Source: an uncultured Gemmatimonadales bacterium (GTDB taxonomy: Bacteria; Gemmatimonadota; Gemmatimonadetes; Gemmatimonadales; GWC2-71-9). From it: a stretch of DNA of 64,000 nucleotides. The position numbers and the translations under genes were made by a program. Below are positions 29,702 through 38,688 of this stretch, piece after piece. The DNA is taken from NCBI GenBank assembly GCA_963728915.1, contig CAVSLV010000001.1, positions 1,184,001 through 1,248,000 on the forward strand, given 5' to 3'. The notes below the pieces were generated by a model. That model ran no database searches, had not been told where the DNA came from, and saw only the letters and a program-made list of their open reading frames with translations. Every line of letters starts with the position of its first letter. The first letter of the stretch is position 1.

Positions 29702-30771
29702 CAGCCGTTCTCCTCCGCGGGCGCGCCGTCCCCGGATGTCATGGGAGGCGGCTCGGGTGAGGTGCCGGCCCGGGCCACCACCAGGTCTCCGTCCACCTCC
29801 TCGAAGCCCATTCCGAACCGCAGACTTTCCCGTTGCAGCAGCTCGGCGATCTCGCCCAGCGCCTTCTCGCCGACGTTCTTCACCTCGAGCAGATCGTTCT
29901 CGGTGAGCTCGACCAGGTCGCGCAGGGTCCGGATGTTCGAGTTCTTGAGGGAATTGAGGGTCCGCACCGACAGGCCGAGGTCGTCGATCAGCCGCTCGAG
30001 CTTGAGCCTGAGTCCGCTGGTCACCTTCACGCCCTCAGCCGGGGCGGGCCGGGCCTGGGGCACCCGGCCGAAGTCGATGAAGAACCGGAAGTGCTCGGTG
30101 GCGAGGGCCGCCGCATACGCGATGGCATCCTCGGGGCTGATCGTCCCGTTGGTTTCGACCACGACCGCGAGCCGGTCGTAGTCGGTCCGTTGCCCAACCC
30201 GGGTCTCGCTGACGGTGAAATTGGCCCGTCGCACCGGATTGTAGATCGCGTCGATGCGGACCACGTCGACCGGCAGAGACCGATCGGTGGGATGGAGCTC
30301 CGCCTCGACGTACCCGCGCCCCTTATTGACGTAGAGGTCGCAGTTCACGTCCTTGGCGTCCTGCACCGTGAAGAGCAGCTGATCGGGATTGACGACGTTC
30401 ACTCCGGCGCTGGCCTGGATGTCCCGCGCGAACACCGGCCCCTTGCCTTCCCGGCGGATTCGCAGGATGGCGTCGTCCTTGTCTTCATCGAGCACCAGGG
30501 TCAGCGCCTTGAGCCGTTGAATGATCTGGTGAACGTCCTCGAGAATCCCGGGAACGGTCTGATGCTCATGCACCACCCCGTCCATCCGGAACGCCCAGAC
30601 CGCCGAGCCTCGGAGCGAGGACAACAGCAGCCGGCGCAGCGAATTCCCGAGCGTGTACCCGAATCCCCGCTCCAGGGGCTGGAGCCGGAATTCGGCGATG
30701 TTCGGATTGTCCTCCCGCTTGGTCATCTCAACCATGTAGGGACGGACCAGACCGGTCATATCGATCGTCAT
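29701..30771 (-). CDS. rpoA: RNA polymerase alpha subunit
   Basis: PLERGFGYTLGNSLRR, KGRGYV, RVGQRTDYD, alpha-CTD LSVRTLNSLK. Confidence 0.98.
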   Translation of the reverse strand: MTIDMTGLVRPYMVEMTKREDNPNIAEFRLQPLERGFGYTLGNSLRRLLLSSLRGSAVWAFRMDGVVHEHQTVPGILEDVHQIIQRLKALTLVLDEDKDDAILRIRREGKGPVFARDIQASAGVNVVNPDQLLFTVQDAKDVNCDLYVNKGRGYVEAELHPTDRSLPVDVVRIDAIYNPVRRANFTVSETRVGQRTDYDRLAVVVETNGTISPEDAIAYAAALATEHFRFFIDFGRVPQARPAPAEGVKVTSGLRLKLERLIDDLGLSVRTLNSLKNSNIRTLRDLVELTENDLLEVKNVGEKALGEIAELLQRESLRFGMGFEEVDGDLVVARAGTSPEPPPMTSGDGAPAEENG

Positions 30772-30787
30772 GCGATTTCAGCTCCGA

Positions 30788-31429
30788 TCACTTCGAGTAG
30801 AGCTCGACGATGAGTTGTTCCTGCGCGTTGAGCGGTATGGCATCCCGGGTCGGCAGCATTGTCACCCGCCCGGCGGCGTGGGTGTTGTCCACCGACAGCC
30901 AGGTGAGCGGCGCACCCCGGGCCGCGCTCTCCAGGGCGAGCTTGACCGGGATCATTTCCCTGCTGGCCGGCGCCACTCGCACCTCCTGCCCCGGACGAAC
31001 CCGGAAGGAGGGGATATCCACCCGCCTGCCATTCACCTCGACGTGGCCATGCCGAACCAGCTGCCGGGCCCCGGCGCGGCTCGTCGAGAAATTCATCCGG
31101 TAGACGATGTTGTCGAGCCGGGTTTCCAGGTGGACCAGCAGATTGGTCCCGGTCACTCCCGGCTCCTTGCTCGCGCGCTCGAAGGTGTTGCGGAACTGCT
31201 GCTCGGACAGCCCGTAGATCCGCTTCACCTTCTGTTTTTCCCGCAGCTGGCGGGCGTACTCCGACATCTTGCGGCCGCCCCGTCCGCTGTTGGATTGCCC
31301 GTGCTGGCCGGGCGCGTACCCCCGCCGATCGACCGCGCACTTCTCGGTCAGGCAGCGGGAACCCTTGAGGAAGAGCTTTACGCCTTCACGCCGGCAAAGC
31401 CGGCAGACCGGTCCGGAGTAGCGTGACAT
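30788..31429 (-). CDS. rpsD: 30S ribosomal protein S4 (Cys-containing form)
   Basis: MSRYSGPVCRLCRREG, QLREKQK, LETRLDN, ELYSK. Confidence 0.98.
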   Translation of the reverse strand: MSRYSGPVCRLCRREGVKLFLKGSRCLTEKCAVDRRGYAPGQHGQSNSGRGGRKMSEYARQLREKQKVKRIYGLSEQQFRNTFERASKEPGVTGTNLLVHLETRLDNIVYRMNFSTSRAGARQLVRHGHVEVNGRRVDIPSFRVRPGQEVRVAPASREMIPVKLALESAARGAPLTWLSVDNTHAAGRVTMLPTRDAIPLNAQEQLIVELYSK

Positions 31430-31432
31430 GCG

Positions 31433-31894
31433 TCAGACCCGCCGCTTCTTGGGCGGACGGCAGCCGTTGTGAGGAATCGGCGTGACGTCCTTGATCGAGA
31501 CCACCTTGAGCCCTACCGAGGCGAGCGCCTGGATCGCGGATTCCCGGCCGCTGCCGGGACCCTGCACCAGCACGTGCACCTTGCGGACGCCCAGGTTCAT
31601 CGCCTCGCGGCCGACGTTCTCGGCGGCCACGGTGGCGGCGAACGGTGTGCTCTTCTTGGAGCCCTTGAACCCGGCCTTGCCGGCGGTGCCCCAGGCGATG
31701 GTGTTGCCCCGCATGTCGGTGATGGTGACCAGGACGTTGTTGAAGGTCGCCGAGATGTGGGCGATGCCTTCCGCCTCGACCACCTTGCGGCCGCGCCGCG
31801 GAGTCTTGGGAGCCGGGGCCGAGCCGGCCGGGGCCGATGGCGCGGATCCGGTGGGTTCGGCGGGTTGGGTATTGGGCTGTTCGGGATTGGTCAT
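31433..31894 (-). CDS. rpsK: 30S ribosomal protein S11
   Basis: [36 protein letters not shown]. Confidence 0.98.
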   Translation of the reverse strand: MTNPEQPNTQPAEPTGSAPSAPAGSAPAPKTPRRGRKVVEAEGIAHISATFNNVLVTITDMRGNTIAWGTAGKAGFKGSKKSTPFAATVAAENVGREAMNLGVRKVHVLVQGPGSGRESAIQALASVGLKVVSIKDVTPIPHNGCRPPKKRRV

Positions 31895-31896
31895 GT

Positions 31897-32277
31897 CTAC
31901 TTCTTCGTTGCCTTCTTCTTGCCCGCGATCGCGCGGCGCGGCCCCTTCTTGGTCCGGGCGTTGGTGTGAGTACGCTGACCCCGCACCGGAAGACCCTTCC
32001 GATGGCGCGAGCCGCGATAGGTGCCGATGTCCATCAACCGCTTGATGTTCATGGCGACTTCGGTGCGAAGCGCCCCTTCCACCTTGACGCTGCGTTCGAT
32101 GAGCTGCCGGAGTCGCGCCACCTCGGAATCGGAGAGGTCGCGCACCCGGCTGTCGGGACTGACCCCGGAATCCGCGAGCAGCCGGTTACTGGTCGGCCGG
32201 CCGATCCCGAAGATGTAGGTGAGGGCGACTTCGATTCGCTTGTCCCGCGGGAGATCCACGCCGGCAATTCGGGCCAT
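31897..32277 (-). CDS. rpsM: 30S ribosomal protein S13
   Basis: [28 protein letters not shown]. Confidence 0.98.
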   Translation of the reverse strand: MARIAGVDLPRDKRIEVALTYIFGIGRPTSNRLLADSGVSPDSRVRDLSDSEVARLRQLIERSVKVEGALRTEVAMNIKRLMDIGTYRGSRHRKGLPVRGQRTHTNARTKKGPRRAIAGKKKATKK

Positions 32278-32280
32278 GGA

Positions 32281-32397
32281 TCAACCCTGCCGCTGCTTGT
32301 GCTTAGGATTCCGCTTGCAGATGACGCGGATGATCCCCTGGCGTTTGATCACCTTGCAGTGCTCGCAAATTGGCTTGACGCTCGAACGGACCTTCAC
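32281..32397 (-). CDS. rpmJ: 50S ribosomal protein L36 (zinc-binding form)
   Basis: GTG start; [38 protein letters not shown]. Not in the ORF track (38 aa). Confidence 0.97.
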   Translation of the reverse strand: MKVRSSVKPICEHCKVIKRQGIIRVICKRNPKHKQRQG

Positions 32398-32435
32398 AGA
32401 CTCTCCCGGAAATCGAAGTTGACGGGCAGCTTGGC

Positions 32436-32464
32436 AATGTAACCTCTCCTCCTTCCGGGGGCAA
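32436..32464 (-). promoter_or_regulatory. Putative sigma70 promoter of the rpmJ-rplQ operon
   Basis: TTGCCC-17 bp-TACATT on the minus strand. Confidence 0.6.
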
Positions 32465-32483
32465 GGGGCTATGCGGCAACGAC

Positions 32484-33134
32484 TTAGAGAAGGGCCAGGA
32501 ACCCGTCCAACGCGGCGGCGGGGTCACTCGCCCCGTGGATCGGACGGCCTACCACCAGGTGGGTCGCGCCAGCGCGGGAAGCTTCCCGAGGGCCGGCTAC
32601 CCGCGCCTGGTCACCGCGGGGGTCGTCGGGACGCCTGATACCGGGAACAACGATGAGCGGACCCGGGCCGACCCGGTCGCGAATCCTCGCCACCTCGAGG
32701 GGGCTACAGACAACCCCGGAGAGACCGGCCGCGATGGCCTCTCGTGCCAGGGTTTCGGCCTCATTCGCAATCGAGACCGGATCCGTCCCACTCGACGTCA
32801 GCACGGTCACTCCGACCACGGACAGTCCATCGCCTGCGGCAGCCCCGGCTGCTCGCATCATCTCCAACCCTCCGGTGGCATGCACCGTCGCCATACGCAC
32901 GCCCAGGGCGCGAGCCGCGGCGACGGCCCCCGATACGGTATTGGGGATGTCGTGCCATTTGAGATCGAGAAAGACCTGGAGTCCACGCCCAAGGATCTCA
33001 CGCACGATCGCAGGGCCCTCCGCGGTGAAGAGCACCGAACCAACCTTGACCCAGCGCAGGGCGGGCAGCCGGTCGAGCAGCCGAAGAGCTTCGGCGCGGC
33101 CGGGCAGATCGAGCGCCAGGATCAACTCGGTCAT
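32484..33134 (-). CDS. pyrF: Orotidine-5'-phosphate decarboxylase
   Basis: [33 protein letters not shown]. Confidence 0.97.
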   Translation of the reverse strand: MTELILALDLPGRAEALRLLDRLPALRWVKVGSVLFTAEGPAIVREILGRGLQVFLDLKWHDIPNTVSGAVAAARALGVRMATVHATGGLEMMRAAGAAAGDGLSVVGVTVLTSSGTDPVSIANEAETLAREAIAAGLSGVVCSPLEVARIRDRVGPGPLIVVPGIRRPDDPRGDQARVAGPREASRAGATHLVVGRPIHGASDPAAALDGFLALL

Positions 33135-33997
33135 GAGCGCTCGAGCTCCGAGACGATCCGCTCGGGAAGCTTTGGATCAGCAAGCTGGGCGGTGCCGATA
33201 GCGACGAGTACCGCTCCGGCATCGAGGTACCGGCGCACATCCTCCGCGGTTCGAATCCCGCCCACGCCGATGACCGGTGTGCCGGGCAACCGGGCTCGAA
33301 TCGATCGCACCGCCTGAAGCCCGACCGGGAGCAGTCCCGGCCCGCTTACGCCGCCATTCCCCGTTCCCAATCGGGGTGATCCCTGCTCACTCCAGTACCC
33401 GGGCATCGTGTTGATCGCGGTGATTCCATCCGCCCCGGCTTGAACCGCCGCCGCCGCGATCGAGGCGATGTCGGGCAGCGCGGGAGAGAGTTTGGCGATC
33501 AACGCCCGCTGTGTCACGGTGCGACAGGAAGCCACCACCCGCGCGGTCGATTCAGGGGACGCGCCGAACTCCACCCCGCCGGATGCGGTATTCGGACAGG
33601 AGAGATTGAGCTCGTAGCCGGCAATCTCCGGAGATGCTTCGAGGCCCTTGATGACCTCGGCGTACTCGTCCACCCCGAACCCGACCACGTTGACCAGGAT
33701 CCTGGCTCTCCTGAGCCGGCCCGCCAGCCAGGGCAGATGATCGCTCCTGACCCGATTGAGCCCGGGGTTGGCGAGCCCGACCGAGTTCAGCATCCCGCCG
33801 GGAAACTCGGCAACTCGAGGGGGTGGGTTGCCTTCCCGCGGTTCCAGGGACACCGCCTTGGTGACCACACCCCCCAGGCGATCGAGGTCCATGACGCCAT
33901 CGAGCTCCCGGCCGAAGCCCGCGGTGCCGGAGGCGAGGAGAATCGGATTCTGGAACGTGTGGCCGAAGACCGAACGTGGGAGTGATGTCGAGCGCAC
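33131..33997 (-). CDS. pyrD: Dihydroorotate dehydrogenase, family 1
   Basis: ASGTAG, REGNPPPRV, NSVGLANPG, ELNLSCPN, KLSP, INT, GGVSG. Confidence 0.95.
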   Translation of the reverse strand: MRSTSLPRSVFGHTFQNPILLASGTAGFGRELDGVMDLDRLGGVVTKAVSLEPREGNPPPRVAEFPGGMLNSVGLANPGLNRVRSDHLPWLAGRLRRARILVNVVGFGVDEYAEVIKGLEASPEIAGYELNLSCPNTASGGVEFGASPESTARVVASCRTVTQRALIAKLSPALPDIASIAAAAVQAGADGITAINTMPGYWSEQGSPRLGTGNGGVSGPGLLPVGLQAVRSIRARLPGTPVIGVGGIRTAEDVRRYLDAGAVLVAIGTAQLADPKLPERIVSELERS

Positions 33998-35188
33998 TCA
34001 GCTGCCGCTCTTGCCCGCCGGACCGCTGGAGACGGCATCGCCGACCTTGCGCTCGTACTCCAGCAGGTACGCCACGATGGCGTCGGCCATGGAGGAGGCC
34101 AGGTTCCGCTGGGAGGTTCGGGAGGAAAGCAGCTTGCCGTCCTGGGGATTGGTGCTGAACCCGGTCTCGACGAGGATAGCCGGACGCTTCGCGGTGTTGA
34201 GCACTGCAAGCCCGGCCTGTTTCACTCCTCGATTGGGACCGGTGTGGGCCTCTTCCAGGTAGGACTGCATGAGCTCGCCGGCCCGAACCGATTCTCTGAG
34301 GTGCTCGTTGGTCTGAAGGTCCTTGAGAATGAACGCCAGACCGGAGAGGCCGTCGCGATCCTCGGGTGCCTCGAACCGGATCGCCTCGTTCTCCATCCTG
34401 GCGACCCGGGCAGCGTCCTCGGTGCGGGCTTCTGCCAGCACGAACGTCTCGAAGCCGCGCACCACCGCGTTCCCCGGACGAGGCTCCAGGGAGTTGACGT
34501 GAATGCTGACGAACAGGTCGCAGTCGCGATTGCAGTAGCCGGCCCGGTCATACAGGTTGATGAGCGTGTCGGTCTGCCGGGTCATCACCACGCGAATGCC
34601 CCGGCGGCGAAGTTCGTCCCGCAGGAGCAATCCAATCTGGAGGTTGACGTCCTTCTCCCGGACCCCGGCGGGGAAATGGTAGCCCGGATTGCCGGGATCC
34701 ACTCCGCCGTGCCCGGGATCCAGGGTGACGACGTGACCTTTCCGGAGGCCGTTGGGAAGCCGGTCGGGATCGCCGGCCGCGCCGGCCGGACTGACCGCGA
34801 CGATCCTGGGCGGAGAGCCCGACTCCACCAGCCGTCCCTGGCGGCGGTCGAAGCGGTAATGTTCGGAGAGGACCCGGGGAATGATTTCGGCGACGAACTG
34901 ATAGGGAAGCTCGAGAACGTCACGCCGCAGGGTCGCGCTCCCGACGATCGGCTCCAGGGCGCCCGCCACCGCCACCAGTGACGCACCCGGAAAAAACCGG
35001 AAGGCGGTGCCGTCGATGGTCAGCTCGGCCCACCCGTCGCCGCGGGTTATGTTGCCGTGCAACGCCCGCGCGAGGGGGGCCGCGGCGAGGACGGGACCGC
35101 CCACCGGGTCAACCCGCACCGGAACGCGGAACTCACCCTGGGTGGTCTGCACCACGACGAACGCGGGCGCGAGAAGGGCGAGCAGCAT
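33998..35188 (-). CDS. N-acetylmuramoyl-L-alanine amidase (Amidase_3, AmiC-like)
   Basis: LDPGHGG.DPG, EKDVNL, FVSIHVN, GFETF, AILVETGF. Confidence 0.92.
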   Translation of the reverse strand: MLLALLAPAFVVVQTTQGEFRVPVRVDPVGGPVLAAAPLARALHGNITRGDGWAELTIDGTAFRFFPGASLVAVAGALEPIVGSATLRRDVLELPYQFVAEIIPRVLSEHYRFDRRQGRLVESGSPPRIVAVSPAGAAGDPDRLPNGLRKGHVVTLDPGHGGVDPGNPGYHFPAGVREKDVNLQIGLLLRDELRRRGIRVVMTRQTDTLINLYDRAGYCNRDCDLFVSIHVNSLEPRPGNAVVRGFETFVLAEARTEDAARVARMENEAIRFEAPEDRDGLSGLAFILKDLQTNEHLRESVRAGELMQSYLEEAHTGPNRGVKQAGLAVLNTAKRPAILVETGFSTNPQDGKLLSSRTSQRNLASSMADAIVAYLLEYERKVGDAVSSGPAGKSGS

Positions 35189-35667
35189 CAGGTGGGTTTC
35201 ATCGCCCGGGCCATTTCGCGGTCCGCGAGACGGCGCTTGATATCCTGCCGACGGTCATGGGTCTTCTTCCCCTTCCCCAGCGCCAGGGCGAGCTTGGCTC
35301 GACCCCGTTTGAAATACAGCTCGAGTGGAACCAGGGTCAGGCCTTTCCGCTCCACCGCGCCGATCATCCGTTCGATCTCCCGGCGATGCAGCAGGAGCTT
35401 CCGGCTTCGAACCGGCTCGGGATTCCAGCGATTCCCTTGTTCGTAGGGAGTGATGTGCATGCCTTCCAGCCACACCTCGCCCTGGCGGACGTTGGCGTAG
35501 GCTTCCTTGATCGATGCTTTCCCGTTTCGCAGACTCTTCACTTCGGTGCCGGTGAGCACGATGCCGGTTTCCCAGGTTTCCAAAATGTGGTAATCGTGGG
35601 AGGCCCGCGGATTCCGTGCCACGGTGACCCGGGACTTGGAGCTCTCGACGCCCGGCGATTCTTTCAT
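35188..35667 (-). CDS. smpB: SsrA-binding protein
   Basis: NPRASHDYHI, ETGIVLTGTEVKSLR, RSRKLLLH, GKKTHDRR. Confidence 0.97.
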   Translation of the reverse strand: MKESPGVESSKSRVTVARNPRASHDYHILETWETGIVLTGTEVKSLRNGKASIKEAYANVRQGEVWLEGMHITPYEQGNRWNPEPVRSRKLLLHRREIERMIGAVERKGLTLVPLELYFKRGRAKLALALGKGKKTHDRRQDIKRRLADREMARAMKPT

Positions 35668-35739
35668 AAGTGATGACCGGATGGGAAGATAACGCATCGC
35701 TTGCCCGCGATGGTTGCTGCGCCTTAGCTTTTCCGGCTC

Positions 35740-35823
35740 GCCGAAGTGGTGGAACTGGTAGACGCGCTGCGTTCAGGGCGCAGTGGGCGCAAGCCCGTGG
35801 GGGTTCGAGTCCCCCCTTCGGCA
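35740..35823 (+). tRNA. tRNA-Leu (anticodon CAG), long variable arm, CCA not encoded
   Basis: Acceptor GCCGAAG/CTTCGGC, anticodon arm CTGCG-TTCAGGG-CGCAG, T-arm GGGGG-TTCGAGT-CCCCC; upstream TTGCCC...TAGCTT promoter-like. Confidence 0.97.
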
Positions 35824-35841
35824 CTCGAGAGGTCTCGCTAT

Positions 35842-36876
35842 ATGCGGCAGCTGCCCGCCCTTGCAGTTCTGCTGGTCGCGATCTCCAGTCCTCTGTCCAG
35901 TCAAACCGTCGTGCAAGCCCCGGCAGGTCTTCTGACCGGAGTCGTGCTCGACAGCATCACCGGAACCCCGGTGTCTTATGCGTTGCTCACCATCGAGGAT
36001 CCCGGGCGGAGAGTCTTCGCATCCGAGGGCGGACGCTTTTCCTTCACGGGAATCCCCGAGGGGAAACTGGCCATCCGGGCCCAGCAGATCGGCTATCGCT
36101 CGGTGGTCATCGCGGTCACGGTCAGGCGGGATGGCGGCGGCGCTCCGTTCCTCATCCGGCTGACCAGGCAGCCGCTGTTGCTTCCGACCCTCAGCGTCCG
36201 GGCCCAGGATTGCCAGGTCCCGGGACTGGCGGGTGAAGGGACCCTGCTCGAAGAGGTTTTCAAGAACGCCGAGCGGCTCCTGGTGCTCCAGAAGGACTAC
36301 CCCTACCAGACCCGCATGCGGGAAATCAACAGCGTGTATGGCGAGGGCGGGAGTCTGCTGGAACAGAAGGTGGACACAACCAGCTTCGACAGCCGGCGTT
36401 TGTCGGCCTATCATCGCGGGCGGGTCCTGGTCCGCACCGGCCGACTCGCGGCGCAGGAGTATGCGACCTACTTCTCACCCGCTGACCTCGCTACCCCCGA
36501 GTTCCGAACCTCGCACTGTTTCTGGTTCGAAGGCACCGATGATCAGGATGGAGTGTCGGCGTATCGAATCGGGTTCCGTCCCCTGACCAGGGTGAAGAGC
36601 GTGGACTGGGCTGGCTCTCTGGTGGTCGACTCCGCGACGGAACATCTCCTCCGATCGGAGGCCCACCTCGTCAACCTTCCTTCGAAGGGCACCGGGTTTC
36701 GCGGGGCGGGGTGTCTGGTGATGTACATGCAGCTGGTCCCGACTCTGGTGCACGAGTTCCAGGCGCGATGTCGCACCGAACAGAACACCGACCCCCCGCT
36801 GGTACGGGTGCAGCAGTGGTCGCTGGTCGCGCAGCGTTTTGTGGGGCGGCGTCCGGATGGCGCGCCGCCGGACTAG
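35842..36876 (+). CDS. Secreted carboxypeptidase-regulatory-like domain protein
   Basis: Signal peptide; LTGVVLDSITGTPV...GRF...QQIGY; F..SHCF...GF.P...G.L.V region shared with 4635-6269. Confidence 0.75.
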   Translation: MRQLPALAVLLVAISSPLSSQTVVQAPAGLLTGVVLDSITGTPVSYALLTIEDPGRRVFASEGGRFSFTGIPEGKLAIRAQQIGYRSVVIAVTVRRDGGGAPFLIRLTRQPLLLPTLSVRAQDCQVPGLAGEGTLLEEVFKNAERLLVLQKDYPYQTRMREINSVYGEGGSLLEQKVDTTSFDSRRLSAYHRGRVLVRTGRLAAQEYATYFSPADLATPEFRTSHCFWFEGTDDQDGVSAYRIGFRPLTRVKSVDWAGSLVVDSATEHLLRSEAHLVNLPSKGTGFRGAGCLVMYMQLVPTLVHEFQARCRTEQNTDPPLVRVQQWSLVAQRFVGRRPDGAPPD

Positions 36877-36885
36877 TCGGGGACG

Positions 36886-38010
36886 TTAGTAGCGAGCCAT
36901 CCCGGGCTCGATCTCCGCAGCCCAGGCATCGATTCCACCCGCAAGACTGCGGGCCCGGAACCCGGCGCCCTGGAGGAGCTGCTGGGCAGCGAGTGATCGC
37001 TGGCCTTTGTGGCACACCGTAATGATTTCGCGGCCCCCGCCGAGCTCGCGGAGGCGGGCGGGAAGCTCCCGGAGGGGGAGCAGCCGACTCCCTTCGATGC
37101 GGGCGATTTCCCACTCCCAAGGCTCCCGGACATCCACCACCAGCGGCGCTCCGTTGCCTCGGAGCGCCTGGGCCAGCTCCCCCGTGGTCACTTCCTCGCC
37201 CGCCGGAGGATGGGTATCAAGCCCGCAGTAGGCCTCATAGTCCATGAGCCGGGTAACCGTGGGACGCTCCCCACAGACCGCACATTCGGGGTCGCGGGTT
37301 ACGGCCAGCTCCCGGAAACTCACCCGCAACGCGTCGATCAGGAGAAGGCGACCGACCAGGGGGTCGCCCACTCCCAGGATCCACTTGATCGCCTCGAGCG
37401 CCTGCAGGCTGCCCACGATGCCCGGCAGCACGCCCAGCACCCCCGCCTCCGCACAATTGGGCACCAGGTCGGGGGGCGGCGGTTCCGCGAAGAGGCAGCG
37501 ATAGCAGGGACCGCCCGGCGCGGCGAAGAGCGACACCTGCCCATCGAATCGGAAGATGCTTCCATAGACGTACGGCGTACCGAGCAGCACGGACGCATCG
37601 TTAACCAGATAGCGGGTCGGGAAATTGTCGCTTCCGTCGATCGCAAGATCGTAGGAGCCCAGCGTGTCGAGCGCGTTGGCGGAGCTGAGCCGTTCCCGGT
37701 GGGCGATGACCTGAACCTCGGGATTCAGGTCGGCGATCCGGGTGGACGCCGATTCGGTTTTGGGACGACCGAGAAACGCCGAGCCATGAAGCACCTGGCG
37801 CTGGAGGTTGCTGAGCTCCACCGCGTCACCGTCGATGATGCCCAGGGTGCCGATGCCGGCGGCGGCGAGATACAGCGCGGCCGGAGAACCGAGGCCCCCG
37901 ACCCCGACCAGCAGCACCCGGGCCGATCTCAGGCGCTCCTGACCCGCCGGTCCGACTTCGGGGAGGGTCAGGTGTCGCGCGTATCGAACCAGCTCAGAGG
38001 GGGACAGCAT
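36886..38010 (-). CDS. moeB: MoeB/ThiF adenylyltransferase fused to rhodanese (MoeZ/MoeBR type)
   Basis: RYARHL, GVGGLG, SNLQRQ, DNFPTRY, CYRC, NCAEAGVLG, CAVC; rhodanese DVRE..EW, CHKGQRS. Confidence 0.92.
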   Translation of the reverse strand: MLSPSELVRYARHLTLPEVGPAGQERLRSARVLLVGVGGLGSPAALYLAAAGIGTLGIIDGDAVELSNLQRQVLHGSAFLGRPKTESASTRIADLNPEVQVIAHRERLSSANALDTLGSYDLAIDGSDNFPTRYLVNDASVLLGTPYVYGSIFRFDGQVSLFAAPGGPCYRCLFAEPPPPDLVPNCAEAGVLGVLPGIVGSLQALEAIKWILGVGDPLVGRLLLIDALRVSFRELAVTRDPECAVCGERPTVTRLMDYEAYCGLDTHPPAGEEVTTGELAQALRGNGAPLVVDVREPWEWEIARIEGSRLLPLRELPARLRELGGGREIITVCHKGQRSLAAQQLLQGAGFRARSLAGGIDAWAAEIEPGMARY

Positions 38011-38036
38011 GACCCGAGGGGCTCTGGGGGGCTCCG

Positions 38037-38495
38037 TCAGCCGATCGACGACGTCAGGGTCACCAGGCCAGGCTCGGCCCGGTGCTCCTTGAGCAAGTCG
38101 GCGAGGGTGATACCGGAGAGGAACTCGTCCACCCGATGCTGGAGCGCGTGCCACACCGGACGGATGGAGCAGCTGCTGGCGGGATCGCACCGCTCCGCGT
38201 CGACCGGATGACTGGTGCAGTTGAGCTCGAAGGTCTGACGCTCGCAGGCCGTCATCACATCGCGCACGGTAATCCGCTCGGGTTCCCGCGCCAGGAAGTA
38301 TCCGCCCCGGGCTCCCCGTACACTTTCGACCAGTCCCGCACGTCTCAGTCTCAGCAGGATCTGTTCGACGTAGTCGGCCGGCAGGCGCTCGGATTCCGAG
38401 AGCTCGCGGGCCGCGATGGGCTCGCCGGTCGGTTTTCGGCGAGCGAGGTGCAGCGCGATGATGAGACTGTATTCGGTCCAGGTGGTCACCCGCAT
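38037..38495 (-). CDS. Rrf2 family transcriptional regulator with Cys cluster
   Basis: YVEQILLRLRRAGLVESVRGARGGYFLAR; C-x9-C-x5-C then SIRPVW. Confidence 0.92.
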   Translation of the reverse strand: MRVTTWTEYSLIIALHLARRKPTGEPIAARELSESERLPADYVEQILLRLRRAGLVESVRGARGGYFLAREPERITVRDVMTACERQTFELNCTSHPVDAERCDPASSCSIRPVWHALQHRVDEFLSGITLADLLKEHRAEPGLVTLTSSIG

Positions 38496-38688
38496 GGGTC
38501 GAAATATCCACGTTCCGGCAAGGAGGGACAAGCGCGCCCTCCGACGACCCCCCGCGGCCTGCTGGGGCACCTCGGCTTCGTGACGGCCCTGCTGGCGGGT
38601 TGGCGCGGCAGCCTGAGGGCCCAGGTTCCCGTTATGGATCCTGTTGCGGCGGGCATTCGATGGCCGGAGACCGGACTGGTAGGGTGGC

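Noticed and set aside
35740..36876. tRNA-Leu as the attachment site of an integrated element
   Set aside because: No integrase and no duplicated tRNA 3' end were seen; only one accessory gene follows.
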